NCBI GenBank assembly: GCA_048940445.1
Contig: JBHLON010000004.1
Coordinates: forward strand, 61,910 to 125,909
DNA length: 64,000 nucleotides
Direction of reading: 5' to 3'
DNA from: Promethearchaeota archaeon
GTDB lineage: Archaea; Asgardarchaeota; Lokiarchaeia; Sigyniarchaeales; SOKP01
Below, piece by piece: positions 60,654 through 64,000 of the stretch. The stretch's first letter is position 1. Every line of letters begins with the position of its first letter. A program made the position numbers and the translations under genes. A model generated the notes under the pieces. That model did not search any database. It saw nothing but the letters and a program-made list of their open reading frames with translations, and was not told where the DNA came from.

Positions 60654-61526
60654 ATGAAGCTTGAAAATTTAGATTTTGAAAAACAACACGGTTTAGGTAA
60701 TGATTACATAATTATTGATAATCTTAAATGGAAAATTCCAGAGGATAAACTGAGTCAGTTAGCTAAGAAATTGTGTAAGCCACATTTTTTTATAGGAGCT
60801 GATGGATTATTGCTTGTTTGTTATTCCAATAACGCAGACATAAGAATGAGAATGTTCAATCCAGATGGAAGCGAAAGTGAAATGTGTGGCAATGGAATAC
60901 GATGTTTTTCAAAATACATCTATGAAAATAATATTTGTAAAAAAGAAACTATTGCAATTGAAACTATGAAAAGTGTTATCATAAATGAATTAAAAATAGT
61001 AAACAGTAAAGTTAATACAGTTAAGGTTGATATGGGATATCCAATTTTAGATTGCGATAGTGTTCCAGTTATATTAGATGACGATGTGGACCGATGTGTA
61101 AATGAACAAATTGTTGTTTTAGATAAAATTTTTAATTTTACAGCAGTTTCTATGGGAAACCCTCATGTTATAATTTTTACGAAAGATATCATCAATAATA
61201 ATGATTTAAATAAATATGGTGCCGCAATTGAATCAAATAAGCATTTTCCAAATAGAACTAATGTTGAATTTGTGAAGGTTGTGTCTAAAACTGAGGCATA
61301 TTTAAGGGTTTTTGAGAGAGGGGTAGGAATTACATTATCCTGTGGGACTGGAACATGTGCTGCTGTTGTGGCAGGAACAATATTAGGATTATTTGAAAAA
61401 AATACTCCAGTTTTAATGCATAATGATGGAGGGGATTTAACAATTACTTTTAATGGAAAAAAGGTCTTCATGGAAGGTCCTATTGTTAAGGTATTTAACG
61501 GAGTTATCGATAAAATTGAATTCTAA
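60654..61526 (+). CDS. dapF: Diaminopimelate epimerase
   Basis: HGLGNDY, GADG, EMCGNG, GNPH, ERGVG.T..CGTG. Confidence 0.96.
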   Translation: MKLENLDFEKQHGLGNDYIIIDNLKWKIPEDKLSQLAKKLCKPHFFIGADGLLLVCYSNNADIRMRMFNPDGSESEMCGNGIRCFSKYIYENNICKKETIAIETMKSVIINELKIVNSKVNTVKVDMGYPILDCDSVPVILDDDVDRCVNEQIVVLDKIFNFTAVSMGNPHVIIFTKDIINNNDLNKYGAAIESNKHFPNRTNVEFVKVVSKTEAYLRVFERGVGITLSCGTGTCAAVVAGTILGLFEKNTPVLMHNDGGDLTITFNGKKVFMEGPIVKVFNGVIDKIEF

Positions 61527-61544
61527 GAAAGAAGGGAAATTTTT

Positions 61545-62858
61545 ATGGAAATTAGTGATTGGTTAAAGTATAAAGAACTAGAATATCAAAATAATGTCTT
61601 GTATTTTGATAATGTAAATACCATAGAATTAACGAAAAAATATGGTACTCCAATCTATATCATATCTGAAAGAATAATTCGAGCAAAATACAGAACTTTG
61701 AAAAGTGTGCTTAATTCTGAATATAAGAAGAATCAAATCCACTATGCAGTTAAAGCAAACTCAAATATCTCGATTTTAAAAATCCTAAAGAGTGAGGGAG
61801 CTTTTTTTGATTGTACCTCTCAAGGCGAAATTAACATGTGTTTTTCAGCTGGGATTGCTCCCGAGAGGATAATTTATACAGGGAACATGTTTACAGACAA
61901 TGACTTTCAATTTGCTGTTAAAAATGACATTTTAATTAACTTAGATAGTTTCAGTCAATTAGAGCGATTAGTAAGAGTATATGAGGACCTAGGTAAAGAG
62001 AAAAAGATAATTTCATTTAGAGTAAATCCAGAATTTGGAGCAGGTCATCATGTTCATAATATTACTGCTGGAAAGGATATAAAGTTTGGGATATTAGAAA
62101 GTCAAGTTATCGATGCCTATAAAAAAGCAAAAGATTATGGCTTTCTAAAATTTGGTATACATCAACATATTGGGTCTGGTATTATAAATCCACATGATTT
62201 TGAAAAAGCAACTGAAAAATACTTATCAATTATAAAGAAATTAGCAGATTCATTAAAGATAGAATTGGAATTCATAGATTTTGGAGGAGGTTTAGGAATA
62301 CCTTATCATCCAAACACAGAACCCTTAGATTTAGAAACCTATAAATCTATTGTTTTACAATCCTTTAAAAAGTTTTCATATACAGAGAGTATTGGAGAAC
62401 CTAACTTTAAAATTGAACCGGGAAGATATTTAGTTGCTGAATCATGTATATTGATAACGCAAGTGAATACAATTAAAGATAATGGATATAAATTATTTGC
62501 GGGAGTGGATGCAGGATTTAATACCTTAATCCGTCCTACAATGTATGGCTCTTATCATCATATAATTCCTTGTAAAGAAAAAGAAAATAAGAGTTTGTTA
62601 AAATATGATATTGCCGGTCCAATTTGTGAATCTGGAGATATTCTTGGGAGAGAGAGGGAACTTCCAAAATTGAAAGAAGGTGATTACCTTACGATTCTTG
62701 ATACTGGTGCATATGGATATGTAATGAGTAGTAATTATAATTCGAGACCCCGCCCAGCTGAAATTTTAATCAGTGATGGAAATATTTTTAAGGTTAGAGA
62801 AGCTGAGAATTTTGATGATTTTTTAAAGAACCAGACTATACCAAACCATCTAAAATAA
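61545..62858 (+). CDS. lysA: Diaminopimelate decarboxylase
   Basis: YAVKAN, KFG, HIGS, DFGGG, EPGR, CESGD, GAYG..MSSNYN. Confidence 0.96.
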   Translation: MEISDWLKYKELEYQNNVLYFDNVNTIELTKKYGTPIYIISERIIRAKYRTLKSVLNSEYKKNQIHYAVKANSNISILKILKSEGAFFDCTSQGEINMCFSAGIAPERIIYTGNMFTDNDFQFAVKNDILINLDSFSQLERLVRVYEDLGKEKKIISFRVNPEFGAGHHVHNITAGKDIKFGILESQVIDAYKKAKDYGFLKFGIHQHIGSGIINPHDFEKATEKYLSIIKKLADSLKIELEFIDFGGGLGIPYHPNTEPLDLETYKSIVLQSFKKFSYTESIGEPNFKIEPGRYLVAESCILITQVNTIKDNGYKLFAGVDAGFNTLIRPTMYGSYHHIIPCKEKENKSLLKYDIAGPICESGDILGRERELPKLKEGDYLTILDTGAYGYVMSSNYNSRPRPAEILISDGNIFKVREAENFDDFLKNQTIPNHLK

Positions 62859-62968
62859 TATAATACACCTTTTCTATACTTATGAAAAAAGTTAAAATTT
62901 GAGGTAATTTCTATTATAACGAGATAGAATTATAAAATTATTAAAGGTTAAAGTCAGGATACCCTTTA

Positions 62969-63044
62969 ATCTTTTAAATGAAGAGTTGGCGTTATGAAAT
63001 CTTGTTAATTCAGATTGATGAAAATACTGATCTGCTCTGAGATA
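62969..63044 (+). ncRNA. Candidate C/D-box guide sRNA
   Basis: C-like ATGAAGA (62978-84), D'-like ATGA (62994-97), C' TGATGA (63016-21), D CTGA (63037-40); hairpin between D' and C'; intergenic between convergent genes. Confidence 0.4.
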
Positions 63045-63181
63045 TTTTATAATTTTATCTCATCCTAAAACATAAAAATAAGAACTTTCAGTCATTTTCA
63101 ATCTAAAAGCGTGGATAATCAAAAATGTAGCCTTATTTTTAAACTAGGTAAATATAAATATTAGACATTTGGATTTTTGTG

Positions 63182-63715
63182 TTATATATAACGACTTTTT
63201 AGGAATCCTATAACTGACATGTTAATAACACCAATAACGTTTAGCAAGATTTCAAAAGTGATAATTGAGAAGAATTCCGAAGGGAAGTATCCTATTGTAA
63301 GGGGCATTATAATCCCAATAACAATATAACAGATCCATGTAACAAAGTAAATATACCAAAAATATCTTCTGTATTTGGACATAGTCATTGATTGATCTGT
63401 CTTTGTAAGAAGATATAAAGCAGCTCTTCCAATCTCGGACAGGGTATATTTAGATTTTTTTTGAGTAACAAAGGATCTCATGCTTTTAAGATGGTAGGAA
63501 AGGGTAGGACTGTCAATTTCTAAAATCTTTTTAATTTGTGAGAATGTTAGATCTTTTTCTCCCAATACTTTTATGATATTTCGACGAGTTTGATGGGTTA
63601 ATAATTTAAATATTTCATCTTCCTTGGAAGTAGGAATTTCCTCTGGCTGTGATTTATTTTTAATCATTATACTCATTCTAAAGATTCGAATGTTTAATAA
63701 ATTATATGGGTACAA
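63182..63715 (-). CDS. ArsR-like winged-HTH protein with two C-terminal TMs
   Basis: IFK.L.H.TRR.I, LSYHLK, Y.LS..G, then two TM helices. Confidence 0.82.
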   Translation of the reverse strand: MYPYNLLNIRIFRMSIMIKNKSQPEEIPTSKEDEIFKLLTHQTRRNIIKVLGEKDLTFSQIKKILEIDSPTLSYHLKSMRSFVTQKKSKYTLSEIGRAALYLLTKTDQSMTMSKYRRYFWYIYFVTWICYIVIGIIMPLTIGYFPSEFFSIITFEILLNVIGVINMSVIGFLKSRYI

Positions 63716-63790
63716 GTTTTTAAAGAAAGGATATATTGAAAAAGAGAGAAATTTTAAAATTAATTGATAAAAGATTTTTCTATTTGATAA

Positions 63791-64000
63791 CTAAGTGTAA
63801 CGGTTTCTTAGTTGTCCAAGAATAATCAAATTGATTGTACAAATTACATTTATCGTTATTTGAATTATTAAATAGGAAAGATTTTTAGGGAAAATGAACC
63901 AAAAGGCAATAGGAGTTAATATCTCTGCAGCTATCCAACAAAACAGTGTTATTACATAAGCATTAACGAAATTTCTTCTATATCGTGACATTTTTATTGA
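63791..64000 (-). CDS. C-terminal part of a paralogous HTH-TM protein (truncated by window edge)
   Basis: MSRYRR..two TMs..LRNRYT aligns with MSKYRR..two TMs..LKSRYI of 63182-63715; frame is open to the window end. Confidence 0.7.
   Translation of the reverse strand, partial: SIKMSRYRRNFVNAYVITLFCWIAAEILTPIAFWFIFPKNLSYLIIQITINVICTINLIILGQLRNRYT

Noticed and set aside
1-64000. CRISPR arrays, tRNAs, transposases or integrases
   Set aside because: None was recognised on reading either strand, although a tRNAscan/CRISPR/IS search was not run.

Overview
AT-rich archaeal chromosomal window, most likely from an Asgard archaeon of the Lokiarchaeia type. This placement is inferred from the gene set: eL22-like ribosomal protein, two Rab-like small GTPases, a longin/roadblock-like protein, IPGY-type C-terminal anchors, form III RuBisCO, CdhD and class I LysRS. 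It contains about 55 CDS for information processing (aIF2-gamma, aIF1A, Spt5, TFS, RecJ/GAN-like, UvrC, Hrq1/MrfA-like helicase), the nucleoside-salvage RuBisCO pathway, fatty-acid and aldehyde catabolism, DAP-type lysine synthesis and membrane-anchored hydrolases. I saw no transposase, CRISPR array or tRNA. The standout is the intergenic segment 17589-17774, which reads as a circularly permuted 5S rRNA gene. The 3' half (17631-17695) precedes the 5' half (17700-17750), and the normal termini are joined by a UUAG tetraloop. The unit is flanked by a bulge-helix-bulge-like motif and a perfect 16-bp inverted repeat. Splicing-endonuclease cleavage and ligation would give a 120-nt circle that restores the canonical GAACCCAGAAGUUAA junction. 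A candidate C/D-box sRNA lies at about 62969-63044. All protein calls come from motif recognition by eye; no database searches were run.
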